Both the position numbers and the translations under genes were made by a program. A stretch of 64,000 bases of DNA from Candidatus Omnitrophota bacterium. GTDB lineage: Bacteria; Omnitrophota; Gorgyraeia; Zapsychrales; Zapsychraceae. Under the pieces are notes generated by a model. It was not told the DNA's origin. It was given only the letters and a program-made list of their open reading frames with translations, and did not search any database. The stretch lies in NCBI GenBank assembly GCA_029261055.1, contig JAJDCA010000068.1, positions 133,275-197,274 on the forward strand. The letters run 5' to 3'. Below, piece after piece: positions 10,429 to 19,738 of this stretch. The number at the start of each line of letters is the position of its first letter. Position 1 is the stretch's first letter.

Positions 10429-11937
10429 ATGAATATTCTCTATGTCGTTGACACATTTTCCGTTATTGAACCCATGGGTGTCTTGCATCTTTCGGCAATT
10501 TCTAAAGCCCAGGGCCATAAAAGTTTTATTGCTGCTATTGAAAAAAATAATGTCGAAGAAAAAATTGGACAACACAATATCGATTGTGTTGCCTTCAGTT
10601 TCATGTCTACCGAAGCACGAGGATTCCATCAACTAGCTGAACGCCTGCGCGCACTTCATCCTAATCTTCCCATAATCGCCGGAGGTCCTCACCCAACCTA
10701 TTACCCTCAAATCATTGATTCCTGGCCTATTGATGCTGTTATTGTTGGAGAAGGCGAAGCCGTTTATCCTGAAATAATTAAAAATTTATCTGAAGGCAAA
10801 GATATCTCCCACATTTCCAGCGTTCAAACAAAACACCATAAAAACTCTCAAAAGCTCCTTGTCGAAAATCTAGACGACATCCCTTTTGCAGACCGAGAGC
10901 TATTAAAGGATGTTGCTCCTTACAAATATGTACGCATGAAAACATTTTTTGGAACACGTGGTTGCCCATATAGCTGTAGTTATTGCTTTAACAGTGCATA
11001 TAATAAACTCTACAAAGGGAAAGGCTTAATTATCCGACGGCGATCTGTAGAGAATTTAGTAAGTGAGATTGAACAGGTCGTTCAAAAATATCCTACCGAT
11101 TTTGTCCGTTTCGGTGATGACACCTTTGTTATGAAATACGATGAATGGGTAGAAGAATTTGTAGAGAAATATAAAAAACGTGTCGGACTTCCTTTTTATT
11201 TCCTTATCCACCCAAACCTTGTTACTAAAAAACTCATCGGGGCTATGCGTGAAGCAGGCGCTCATTCTGTAATGATGGGGGTTGAATCTGGTGTGGAACG
11301 TCTTCGTCGTAAAGTCTTAGACCGATATGTCTCAGATGATACGATGGTGGAAGCTTTTAATATCCTCAGAGATAACAAAATTAAAGTTTTCAGCAACACA
11401 ATTCTGGGACTACCAGCTTCAACCTTAAAGGATGACCTTACCTCTTTAGAATTTACCTTAAAATGTAATCCAACTTATTCCGGATTTACAGTTTTCACAC
11501 CATTTCCCGGTACCGGCCTTTATAAATACAGCATTGAAAATGGTTACTTGGATGATGTTGATTCTTTCGAAGATTCTATCCCCAACAGCATGCAGCAAGG
11601 GTCTTGTTTAAAACACATTACTGACAAACAAAAAGACATCCACAAGAACATCTTAGTTCTAGCTCCCGTTGCTAACTTCATGCCATTTCTAAAAAACCTT
11701 ATTGTCAAACACCTCATTTATTGGAAACCTAATAAACTTTTTGATACTATTGGTTTTTTTGTCCGCAACTATTGCAACACACTTATTTTTCCGTTTGGAA
11801 AATCTTTATCAACATTTATCCTTCTCTTTTACAAAGTTCTTCGCATTGATAAAAAGAACTATACGACCCAAACATCTAAAAAACCTTCCGTAGAGACTTC
11901 CTCTTCTACGGCTAGTAGTCAAGAAAATCGCCTTTGA
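10429..11937 (+). CDS. Cobalamin-binding radical SAM protein (class B methyltransferase-like)
   Basis: N-terminal B12-binding domain (EPMG..LSA, GGPHPT, VGEGE); TRGCPYSCSYC; DDTF; GVESG; PFPGT. Confidence 0.9.
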   Translation: MNILYVVDTFSVIEPMGVLHLSAISKAQGHKSFIAAIEKNNVEEKIGQHNIDCVAFSFMSTEARGFHQLAERLRALHPNLPIIAGGPHPTYYPQIIDSWPIDAVIVGEGEAVYPEIIKNLSEGKDISHISSVQTKHHKNSQKLLVENLDDIPFADRELLKDVAPYKYVRMKTFFGTRGCPYSCSYCFNSAYNKLYKGKGLIIRRRSVENLVSEIEQVVQKYPTDFVRFGDDTFVMKYDEWVEEFVEKYKKRVGLPFYFLIHPNLVTKKLIGAMREAGAHSVMMGVESGVERLRRKVLDRYVSDDTMVEAFNILRDNKIKVFSNTILGLPASTLKDDLTSLEFTLKCNPTYSGFTVFTPFPGTGLYKYSIENGYLDDVDSFEDSIPNSMQQGSCLKHITDKQKDIHKNILVLAPVANFMPFLKNLIVKHLIYWKPNKLFDTIGFFVRNYCNTLIFPFGKSLSTFILLFYKVLRIDKKNYTTQTSKKPSVETSSSTASSQENRL

Positions 11938-12004
11938 TGATAACCTAAAGGCGCATTTTCGGTGCCGATAGGAAAGTTTTACACTTTCCTAATATAGTAA
12001 AAAA

Positions 12005-12062
12005 ATAAAGCCTTTCCCGGATGCCTCGCGTCTTGACGCTGAACATCCAGGAAAGGCTTTAT
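12005..12062. terminator. Long hairpin between convergent genes, probable bidirectional terminator
   Basis: ATAAAGCCTTTCC...GGATG / CATCC...GGAAAGGCTTTAT arms with an inner GCGTC-TT-GACGC stem; A-run on the left gives a U-tract on the minus strand. Confidence 0.6.
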
Positions 12063-12091
12063 TATAACCTAACCATCCGCTGGATCTTTTA

Positions 12092-13099
12092 CTAAAATAT
12101 CTTGGTACCGATCTCTTCCCCTTTTGAAACTGCCGATTGCTTTGCCTTTTGCAAAAATGTTGCTTGTGATAAAAAACGTTTTGAATTTTCTTCCATTCCC
12201 ATAGCCTTAAGACTCATACCCAAATAATAAAATGGCTCATACTGACCTTTATTACTCTCAATATATTTCTGAAAGAAAACTACCGATTTTTCATGCTCCT
12301 CAAGTAAAAAAGCTGCTAACCCTGCATAATAATAAAAGAAACCCTGATCTTCTAACCCTGATGAAATCGCATAATTCGCCATTTGTACCATAACAGAAAA
12401 ATTTTTCAAATAGTACTGACTCAACAACATCAATTTAAAAGCATCTGTATAACTTGTTTTTAAACCCTGATTCATCCATCCTTCCACGTTTTCGCCTTCA
12501 CCCCATATCTGACGATAAATGCCTACTGTATTAATAATTTTTAATGTAATCGCCGGCTTTAATTGAAAAGCCTTTTGAAGTATTGCGTAGGCTTTTTCAT
12601 ACTCTTTTCCATGAAAATAAATAACGCCAAGATTATAAAATGGCCAAAAATTATGAGAGTTTAGCCTAATTGATTCTTGATAAGACTTAACCGCTTTCTC
12701 ATCCTGGCTATTATGGTAATAACAAAATCCTAAAATGTCATGAATACCTGACACGTCAGGATAAAATACAGATGCTTTTTCATAATAATCTATCCTGCTG
12801 CAAGGGCCTGTCCCGCGTAGAAAACCATGCCCTACTTTAGAATTATTGGCTATTTGTTGCACCATATGCGCAAAATTTGGTTTGGAATAGCTTAAAGTAA
12901 CAACCTTAGATTTTTCTTTAACATCATCATGCTGCTTTATAAGCCTCGAAAAACTAAAATTATTTGGAAATAATTCCTGACCTCTACTATAATGAATCAA
13001 TACATAAACAATGTAGGCCGATAAAATAAATAAAAAACAACCTATCGTGGCCCATCTGACTATATACACAATGGTTTTTAATTTTTCTTTAATTGCCAT
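12092..13099 (-). CDS. Membrane-anchored TPR protein (paralog of the TPR modules at 3054 and 38876)
   Basis: One N-terminal TM helix; ILGFCYYH, FWPFYNLGVIYF, FFYYYAG, FYYLGMSL TPR motifs. Confidence 0.75.
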   Translation of the reverse strand: MAIKEKLKTIVYIVRWATIGCFLFILSAYIVYVLIHYSRGQELFPNNFSFSRLIKQHDDVKEKSKVVTLSYSKPNFAHMVQQIANNSKVGHGFLRGTGPCSRIDYYEKASVFYPDVSGIHDILGFCYYHNSQDEKAVKSYQESIRLNSHNFWPFYNLGVIYFHGKEYEKAYAILQKAFQLKPAITLKIINTVGIYRQIWGEGENVEGWMNQGLKTSYTDAFKLMLLSQYYLKNFSVMVQMANYAISSGLEDQGFFYYYAGLAAFLLEEHEKSVVFFQKYIESNKGQYEPFYYLGMSLKAMGMEENSKRFLSQATFLQKAKQSAVSKGEEIGTKIF

Positions 13100-13115
13100 G
13101 CCCTCATTTTAAATT

Positions 13116-14558
13116 ATGCTAAAAATTTCCCGCAGCATTATCCTGGCCTTCACTTTTTCAATCTTATACTGGATTTACGTGGGGTACGTTTCCCAAATTG
13201 CGTTAGCTAATGATGCGATTGCTTACGACAACCTTGGCTCATTAATCTACAATAATGGTTGGGGCGATTTTTTTAGAACCGGCCCTCATCGGGAACCATT
13301 TTATCCTTTTCTGATATCTGTCACCATGAGCTTGGGGAAACTTTTTTCTATTTCCTATCACATTCCCCAAAAAATCATTCAGTTTTCTTTTTTACTTTTA
13401 ACACAAATTCTTTCCTTAATCATCCTTAAAAAATTAAAAATAAATAATTTTTTATGCGCCTGCATCATTTTGTACATTGGATTTTCTCCGGCTTTCGTTA
13501 ATTCATCCCTAAGTCTATTTTCTGAAATCGCTGCCTACCCTTTTATTCTACTTACCGTCATCTTTGCCAGCACAAGTTACAAAAACATCTTAATTACAAA
13601 AAAAGGTCGTTCCACCCAAAAATTATCACTGCTTTTAGCCTTCTTGTTAGGAACAAGCATCTTAATGATCACTTTTGTGAAAGGTATTTTTGAATTATTC
13701 ATCCCTTTTTTATTGATCCCTTTTTGCATTATGCTTATAAAAACATACCGGCTGAAACAAAAAGAAGCATCTAATAATATCCTTGCCTTTATTATCATTG
13801 CAGCTCTAAGCTTTTATTTACCGTTTAATGCATATAAACTAGCCAATAAAAAATATAATGGTAATTTCACATTTACAACACGCGGAAGTGAAGTTCTTTA
13901 TGCGGAAACCAAACGACGCATGGACAATTTTTCCGCAAAAAACTGGTTAACAGCCCTTGTGTACGTTCCTGGGCACAGATACTGTGAACCTCTTTTTGGT
14001 AATGCCGCTTGTGCGTACTGGACGCCTCTTATCGACATCAATAAGCTACTCTACAATCATAAAGATGAAATTTCAGACGCCCCTACCACAAGCAATGCGT
14101 TTAAAAAAATACTCCTAATGAAAACATTCAAAAGAATCTTTAAAAACCCTTTTGCCTATACCTTAATGACGGCTACGGTGGGACTAAAACTATTTTTTTG
14201 GGAATCGTCCAAACTAGGACATGTGGCTTACCCGGACTGGATGGATAAAATTTTCTGGAACCCCGGACTTGAAAATATTCTCAACTTCAGCGTTGCCTTA
14301 CTTTCTTTTCTTGCTTTTCTCTATCTAATAAAATTTATTTGGCAGCATCGCAAAAATATTTTTGCTTTCAAAACACAAAACAACGAAGTCACTTGTTACC
14401 TTTTATTTGTTTTTCTCATTCTTTCTGTATTTATGACAATCTCATCTCTCTTCATTATCCTCACCAGGTACATGCTCCCCATCGCCCCGCTTTATCTCAT
14501 CATCATTGCTTTTACTATCCAACAAATTGTAAATCGCATCAAATCCCGTCACTCCTGA
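13116..14558 (+). CDS. Polytopic membrane protein, probable GT-C-fold glycosyltransferase
   Basis: NDAIAY acidic motif after TM1, REPFYP, LFSE, TRYMLP; about 11 TM segments. Confidence 0.6.
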   Translation: MLKISRSIILAFTFSILYWIYVGYVSQIALANDAIAYDNLGSLIYNNGWGDFFRTGPHREPFYPFLISVTMSLGKLFSISYHIPQKIIQFSFLLLTQILSLIILKKLKINNFLCACIILYIGFSPAFVNSSLSLFSEIAAYPFILLTVIFASTSYKNILITKKGRSTQKLSLLLAFLLGTSILMITFVKGIFELFIPFLLIPFCIMLIKTYRLKQKEASNNILAFIIIAALSFYLPFNAYKLANKKYNGNFTFTTRGSEVLYAETKRRMDNFSAKNWLTALVYVPGHRYCEPLFGNAACAYWTPLIDINKLLYNHKDEISDAPTTSNAFKKILLMKTFKRIFKNPFAYTLMTATVGLKLFFWESSKLGHVAYPDWMDKIFWNPGLENILNFSVALLSFLAFLYLIKFIWQHRKNIFAFKTQNNEVTCYLLFVFLILSVFMTISSLFIILTRYMLPIAPLYLIIIAFTIQQIVNRIKSRHS

Positions 14559-14917
14559 TAATACGCACTATTACCCATTACAAGAGCCAATTCTGCTTTC
14601 TTCAATTCTTTACCTAAATAGGCTATGTGTGTTTTTTCTTCAAACCAGCCCTGTTTATGTTCTTTTTCGTATTTAAATATTTCACTGTAAATATCTTGAG
14701 CCTTTCGCCCTCGAAACACTTTAACAATATTTTGAGTTTTATTACATATGGCAACCTCAATACGAATAAGCGCAAAGTCTACTCTAATTAAAACATAATG
14801 CCCGGTTGGCTCCATGCGAAAGTCTTTATAGGGATCATACTCAGGGCAATCAATGGTTTCACAGCCCTTTACTTTCTTAGGTAATTTTGACTTTGACACA
14901 GAAAAATTCTTTTTCAT
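14549..14917 (-). CDS. DUF4346-like protein, last gene of the cob operon
   Basis: EPTGHYVLI...FRGRKAQDIY...HIAYLGKELKKAELAL..G..YYQE resembles the DUF4346 consensus as recalled. Confidence 0.7.
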   Translation of the reverse strand: MKKNFSVSKSKLPKKVKGCETIDCPEYDPYKDFRMEPTGHYVLIRVDFALIRIEVAICNKTQNIVKVFRGRKAQDIYSEIFKYEKEHKQGWFEEKTHIAYLGKELKKAELALVMGNSAYYQE

Positions 14918-14946
14918 TTATTTCCCCTCTGGTGTAATGATTGAAT

Positions 14947-15540
14947 CTAATATTCAATCCCTGGCTGAGCTTTGATGCCTTGTTGGTAAGGATGTTTAAT
15001 ACTTTGCATTTCTGTGACTAAATCAGCAATATTGATTAATTTCTTTGGCGCGCCGCCTCCGGTGAGAATAACATGCTTAAGCGGTGGCTTATTTTTTAAG
15101 GCTTCAATAATTTCATCGGGATCCAGAAAATTAAATTTCATCACATAATTAATCTCATCAAAAATTACAAGAAAATGCTCATCATCCTGCAACACCTCTT
15201 TACATTTGGCCCAAGCCTTCTTTGCCGTTTTGACATCTGCATCAAAATTTTGAGTATCCCACGTAAAACCATCACCAATGGCATGCATCTGACAAAGATC
15301 GGGAAACTTCTTAAAAAACTTGGATTCCCCTGTTTGCCACTTCCCCTTAATAAATTGAACAATCGCCACTTTCTTTCCGCGTCCCATCGCGCGTAAGGCC
15401 GTACCAAAGGCAGCTGTAGATTTCCCCTTACCGTTCCCCGTATGCACCATAATCAATCCTTTTCGAATCGACTTCTTAATGTCTTTATGTTTTCGAGGAG
15501 ATTTATCTTGAACTTTATTTTTGTTTATTTTTTGTGTCAT
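14947..15540 (-). CDS. cobO: Cob(I)yrinic acid a,c-diamide / cob(I)alamin adenosyltransferase (CobO/CobA/BtuR)
   Basis: HTGNGKGKSTAAFG, VQFIKG, GDGFTW, DEINY, ADLVTEM..IKHPY..GI.AQPGIEY. Confidence 0.95.
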   Translation of the reverse strand: MTQKINKNKVQDKSPRKHKDIKKSIRKGLIMVHTGNGKGKSTAAFGTALRAMGRGKKVAIVQFIKGKWQTGESKFFKKFPDLCQMHAIGDGFTWDTQNFDADVKTAKKAWAKCKEVLQDDEHFLVIFDEINYVMKFNFLDPDEIIEALKNKPPLKHVILTGGGAPKKLINIADLVTEMQSIKHPYQQGIKAQPGIEY

Positions 15541-15543
15541 TGG

Positions 15544-16479
15544 CTACCTCCATACAACCATCATAAAACAAAATATCACTGTGACCCACGCAGAAGCCAT
15601 CATCAATCGTATGCTTTTGTTTATGTGTTCTTTACGTAAAACCTGAATATTTGAACCCAAATATGTTTTCTTTAATTCTTTTCCTTCGTAATTATTAGCG
15701 CCTCCTAATTGCACATCCAGAGCGCCGGCAAAGGCTGCTTCCGGGATATCACTAATATGCTTAATCTTAATAAACTCCTTAACTCCTTCTTTCATAGCCC
15801 CTTTAACATTATTCTTTGTCATCCATGCCGCTGCTGCAATAAAGAAATACGACAATCTCGACGGAATCCAATTAACAACATCATCGATCTTGGCGGAAAA
15901 ATAACCAAATTTGGCATAACGTTTGTTAAGATGTCCAACCATAGAGTCCAGCGTATTAACGGCTTTATACGCTAAGGCCAACGGAGCTCCGCCAATCGCC
16001 GCGTAAAATAAAGGCGCAATGATACCGTCCACGGTGCTTTCCGCTACAGTCTCAACCGTGGCTCGCACCACTTCCCTTTCATCCAAAGTCTTCGTATCCC
16101 GCCCCACGATTCTGGCAACATCCAGCCGCGCTTTTATTAAATCATTATTTTGCAAATCATTATGTATCTGAACCGCCTCTTTTCGCAAATCATGCACAGA
16201 AATAGCGGTATAAATTCCCAACATATTGACAACCCAAGCCACCGTAGGATGAATCATTGTGCCAATATGCAGAAAATAAAAAACCAACACATACACAAAA
16301 ACGGGCAAACTTATGGCTAATACACCCCCGGCTAAATATTCATTCTTTATCGCCTTCCGATAAAAATCTTCCAACTTTTCAATCGCTTGTCCAATTAGAC
16401 GCGCAGGATGAAATGCGTAAACAGGATCACCAATCCATAAATCTGTTACAAATGCAAAAAATATTCCGGATGCCATCAT
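15544..16479 (-). CDS. cbiB: Adenosylcobinamide-phosphate synthase CbiB
   Basis: DLWIGDP..HP, IVGRDT, VETVAE..VDGIIAPLFY, YKAVNTLDSMVG, DDVVNWIPSRL. Confidence 0.95.
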   Translation of the reverse strand: MMASGIFFAFVTDLWIGDPVYAFHPARLIGQAIEKLEDFYRKAIKNEYLAGGVLAISLPVFVYVLVFYFLHIGTMIHPTVAWVVNMLGIYTAISVHDLRKEAVQIHNDLQNNDLIKARLDVARIVGRDTKTLDEREVVRATVETVAESTVDGIIAPLFYAAIGGAPLALAYKAVNTLDSMVGHLNKRYAKFGYFSAKIDDVVNWIPSRLSYFFIAAAAWMTKNNVKGAMKEGVKEFIKIKHISDIPEAAFAGALDVQLGGANNYEGKELKKTYLGSNIQVLRKEHINKSIRLMMASAWVTVIFCFMMVVWR

Positions 16480-16481
16480 CG

Positions 16482-17573
16482 TTAAACCATCGCCTTTTCT
16501 AAAGTTTCAATCTTTTTTAATTGATCAAGAAAATACTGATTCTCTGGCCTTAACTTCAAAGCAATACGAAAATAACATGAATCTAATCCTTGAAAACCAT
16601 GAACTTCCCTTACATAAAGCCGCGCTTGTTCTAACCCCTGCATAACACACCTTTGATCCTTAACATCACTAATTTTGCATAAAAAAAAGTTAGCTAGACT
16701 TGCAAATACTTTAATAGTCGGGACAGATGACAAAACTCTCAGAAAATAAGAATGCTCTTCCTTAAACCATTGATGGGTTTCTATTTTAAAAGCTGTGTCT
16801 TCAAGCGCCACCAACCCAAGCTTTTGCGCCACCCCATTACATGACCACGTATCTTGAAAGGGGCGCATGCGATCCATAATCTCTTTATCCGCACATGCAT
16901 AGCCAATACGAATCCCAGCAAGTGCGTAAAATTTTGTTAATGATCGAATCACAATCGTCGTCCGATATTTCTGAATTAACTCAATAACAGAATACTCCGG
17001 ACACCAATCCACAAAAGCCTCATCAATAACCAAATAAACATTTTGCTTTTCGGCGCGCTGCATAAGATACTCTAATGCATTAAATGAAAGAGCTGTTCCC
17101 GTTGGATTATTCGGATGCCCCAGCACAATCATATCTATATCTTCCAGATGTGAAATAATACTCTCTATGGAAAATTGAAACTCATCTTCTGCCTTTAAAA
17201 AAATATCAATAATTTCTGCGCCCTGCAACTCTAATAAACGTCGATACTCATTAAAACAAGGTTCAATCAACAAAGCCTTTTTAGGGCGCAAAGCACGAAT
17301 TACCAACTCAATCAATGAAATAGATCCATTTCCAACCATCACATTTTCCAAATCAAGATGATGCATTGCAGAAATCTTCGCACATAATTTCTCCGCACAA
17401 GGATCAGGATAAACAGCAACTTCATTGATCGACCCAACATAAGCCTGCTTAATCGCCGCAGAAATACCCAAAGGATTAATATTGCTCGAAAAATCAATCA
17501 CCGATTCCAAAGGCACCCCAACCCTCTGCGCAAACCCTTTAATATTCCCCCCATGTATAATTTTCTTTGGCAT
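16482..17573 (-). CDS. cobD: L-threonine-O-3-phosphate decarboxylase
   Basis: HGGN, DFSSNINPLG, GNGS, PNNPTG, DEAFVD, RSLTKFYALAGIRIGY (PLP lysine); cob operon context. Confidence 0.92.
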   Translation of the reverse strand: MPKKIIHGGNIKGFAQRVGVPLESVIDFSSNINPLGISAAIKQAYVGSINEVAVYPDPCAEKLCAKISAMHHLDLENVMVGNGSISLIELVIRALRPKKALLIEPCFNEYRRLLELQGAEIIDIFLKAEDEFQFSIESIISHLEDIDMIVLGHPNNPTGTALSFNALEYLMQRAEKQNVYLVIDEAFVDWCPEYSVIELIQKYRTTIVIRSLTKFYALAGIRIGYACADKEIMDRMRPFQDTWSCNGVAQKLGLVALEDTAFKIETHQWFKEEHSYFLRVLSSVPTIKVFASLANFFLCKISDVKDQRCVMQGLEQARLYVREVHGFQGLDSCYFRIALKLRPENQYFLDQLKKIETLEKAMV

Positions 17574-17595
17574 AAATTTATTACCCCTAGTGACG

Positions 17596-17701
17596 CGAAA
17601 TCGCTTTTAAGCATAGATTAACACATTCCGCTCAGAGGAGATCTCGTTCTGCTCGATCTCCAATTCGCTGCATGCATTAATCTATGCTTGGAGCGATTAC
17701 G
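17596..17701 (-). repeat. Long imperfect hairpin A with GCGAATTGGA...TCCTCTGAGC core
   Basis: Arms AATCGCT/AGCGATT and AAGCATAGATTAA/TTAATCTATGCTT; the core reads GCTCAGAGGA-GATC..GATC-TCCAATTCGC on the plus strand. Confidence 0.85.
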
Positions 17702-17745
17702 AATTAAGCAGCAATAATTCCCTTATTTACTATGACTCTTAATCG

Positions 17746-17883
17746 GTAACCTTTCAATAAACTCGTCTTAACAAGAGTTTCTGTTAAAGCCTGTAGGCGA
17801 ATTGGACGCAACAAAAATACTGCGTCCTCTGAGCCGAAAGGTTTTAACAGAAACTCCAATAGACGAGTTTATTGAAAGGTTAC
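17746..17883 (+). repeat. Long imperfect hairpin B with the same core in the opposite orientation
   Basis: Perfect 23-bp arms GTAACCTTTCAATAAACTCGTCT/AGACGAGTTTATTGAAAGGTTAC, 18-bp inner arms with one G-T, core GCGAATTGGA-CGCA..TGCG-TCCTCTGAGC. Confidence 0.9.
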
Positions 17884-17892
17884 TTGAATAGA

Positions 17893-18648
17893 CTAGTTAG
17901 AATTTACAATCAAAACTAAATAAACAAAGACTTCTGTTAATTCTCCTGTGGCGCCGATCACATCGCCGGTGATTCCACCGATTCGTTTTTTGTAGAACTT
18001 ACTTAACAAATAAATAAAAATCCCGCTTAACAATACGGCAACAATGCCGGTGATCCCTAAAAATAAACTCACAATTAAAACAAACACTGTGCTTAGAAAA
18101 ATCTGCACTTCGGAAACAGCTCCCGCCACCTCTTGACCCAAGCCTTTTTCAGTACGCGCATACGGCAATAAAAAACAAATGAAACCATGGGCCCACCGTG
18201 ATAAGCCTATAGCCAAAATAAAACCGGCATTCTGTTGCGGCAACATGACAAGACATTCCCATTTCATCAGCAGCAAGAATACAACACTCAATGTGCCCCA
18301 CACCCCAATACGCGAATCCTTCATAACATGGAGAATATCGTGTTTATCTTTTCCCTGAAAAAAGGCATCAAAAGAATCGGCCAAACCGTCAATATGTAAT
18401 CCACCGCTTATGATGATAGGCAATAAAACTAAAAATAAACTCAATAACCGCGGTGAAAAATAATGAGAAAAAATTCCAACAATAAAAAGTGAAATTACCG
18501 CAATAAAAAAACCTACTAAAGGAAAATAGGCCATTGCTTGAGATAAAGAAATTCTTTCTTCCTTATTAGTGACAGCTAAAGGAATGATTGTTAGAAAAGA
18601 AAACGCAAGTCGTAAATTACTAAACCAATTAAAAGATTTTCCGAGCAT
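17893..18648 (-). CDS. cobS: Adenosylcobinamide-GDP ribazoletransferase (cobalamin synthase)
   Basis: FSFLT.IP, YFPLVG, GGLHIDGLADSFD, MKDSRIG, GGITGDVIGA..E. Start moved to ATG 18648 (GAGG RBS; avoids a long overlap with cobT). Confidence 0.95.
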   Translation of the reverse strand: MLGKSFNWFSNLRLAFSFLTIIPLAVTNKEERISLSQAMAYFPLVGFFIAVISLFIVGIFSHYFSPRLLSLFLVLLPIIISGGLHIDGLADSFDAFFQGKDKHDILHVMKDSRIGVWGTLSVVFLLLMKWECLVMLPQQNAGFILAIGLSRWAHGFICFLLPYARTEKGLGQEVAGAVSEVQIFLSTVFVLIVSLFLGITGIVAVLLSGIFIYLLSKFYKKRIGGITGDVIGATGELTEVFVYLVLIVNSN

Positions 18649-18667
18649 CGCATCCTCGGACAACTTC

Positions 18668-19738
18668 CTAGATGGTTTCTTTTTTATTGGCAACTTCGGC
18701 CTCCTTAAATGTGGCGACTTCATTATAAATGCGCGCGCCGGCTTCTAAAATATTAAGGGCCAAAGCAGCCCCGCTGGCTTCCCCTAATCGCATGGATAAA
18801 TTAAGTAAAGGCCGCTGCTTGAATTCTTCAAAAACGTAACGATGGCCACCTTCTTGAGATTCATGCGCTAAGAATACATAATCTAGAATTGCTGGATTTA
18901 ATCGAAAAGCAATAAGTGTCGCGGCGGCCACAATCAACCCATCCACCACAACAGGAATAGATTTATGTGCACCCGCTAAAATAGCCCCTGTCATCGCAGC
19001 AATTTCTAAACCACCTAATCTTTGTAAAACATCAAGGGGAGCATTCAATTCAGCTCTATACTTTTTTATCGCCTCATCAATAACCTTTATCTTTAATTTA
19101 AGCCCATCATCATCAACACCCGTTCCGCGCCCCGTGACTTTAGCGGCAGGAAGATTTAAAATGGCGGCAATCACCGCTGCCGCTGAGGTTGTATTGCCGA
19201 TCCCCATTTCACCTAACGCTAAAATTTTAATACTGTCTTTTTCAGCCGCCTCAACCATATCCCACCCCACCTGCAGGGCCTGATCTAATTCATCCGCAGA
19301 CATCGCCGACTCTATTTTTAAATTCCCTGTCCCTTTTCTCACTTTAGCTTTTATTAAATCCGAATGATCGTTCAAATCCCCGTCAACGCCGACATCAATT
19401 ACTTTCACATCGGCTCCGAGTTGCCGAGCCAAAGCATTAATAGTCGCGCCGCCATTAATAAAATTCAAAACCATCGCCTGAGTTACTTCACGTGGATATA
19501 AACTGACGCCCTCTTGTTCCACCCCATGATCTGCCGCAAAGACAAGAATACGTTTTTTGCTTACATCCAATCGCTCTGCTTTCTGAATAGAGACCAACTT
19601 ACAAATCATTTCTTCAAGCTGCCCCAAACTTCCTTGTGGCCGCGTTTGTTCATCTAGACGTGCTTGTCCTTTTTTTAACCAAGCGGCATCAACACGTTTA
19701 ATACACTTTGATTTCTCTATCCACTTATCACTCATCAC
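18668..19738 (-). CDS. cobT: Nicotinate-nucleotide:dimethylbenzimidazole phosphoribosyltransferase
   Basis: TRPQGSLGQLE, FAADHGV..EGVS.YP.EVT, GEMGIGNTTSA, GRGTG, GGLEIAA, MRLGEASGA. Confidence 0.96.
   Translation of the reverse strand: MMSDKWIEKSKCIKRVDAAWLKKGQARLDEQTRPQGSLGQLEEMICKLVSIQKAERLDVSKKRILVFAADHGVEQEGVSLYPREVTQAMVLNFINGGATINALARQLGADVKVIDVGVDGDLNDHSDLIKAKVRKGTGNLKIESAMSADELDQALQVGWDMVEAAEKDSIKILALGEMGIGNTTSAAAVIAAILNLPAAKVTGRGTGVDDDGLKLKIKVIDEAIKKYRAELNAPLDVLQRLGGLEIAAMTGAILAGAHKSIPVVVDGLIVAAATLIAFRLNPAILDYVFLAHESQEGGHRYVFEEFKQRPLLNLSMRLGEASGAALALNILEAGARIYNEVATFKEAEVANKKETI

Noticed and set aside
17746-17883. Integron attC site (starts GTAAC, ends GTTAC)
   Set aside because: The terminal 23 bp pair perfectly, with no unpaired central spacer or extrahelical bases, and the R boxes do not fit RYYYAAC/GTTRRRY
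17596-17883. Second cobalamin riboswitch or simple terminators
   Set aside because: No B12-box motifs and no U-tracts; the region lies inside a co-oriented operon
18640-18660. Hairpin TCCGAG-GATGCGATG-CTCGGA covering the cobS RBS and start
   Set aside because: Only a 6-bp stem plus 2 bp and a single instance; cannot be distinguished from chance
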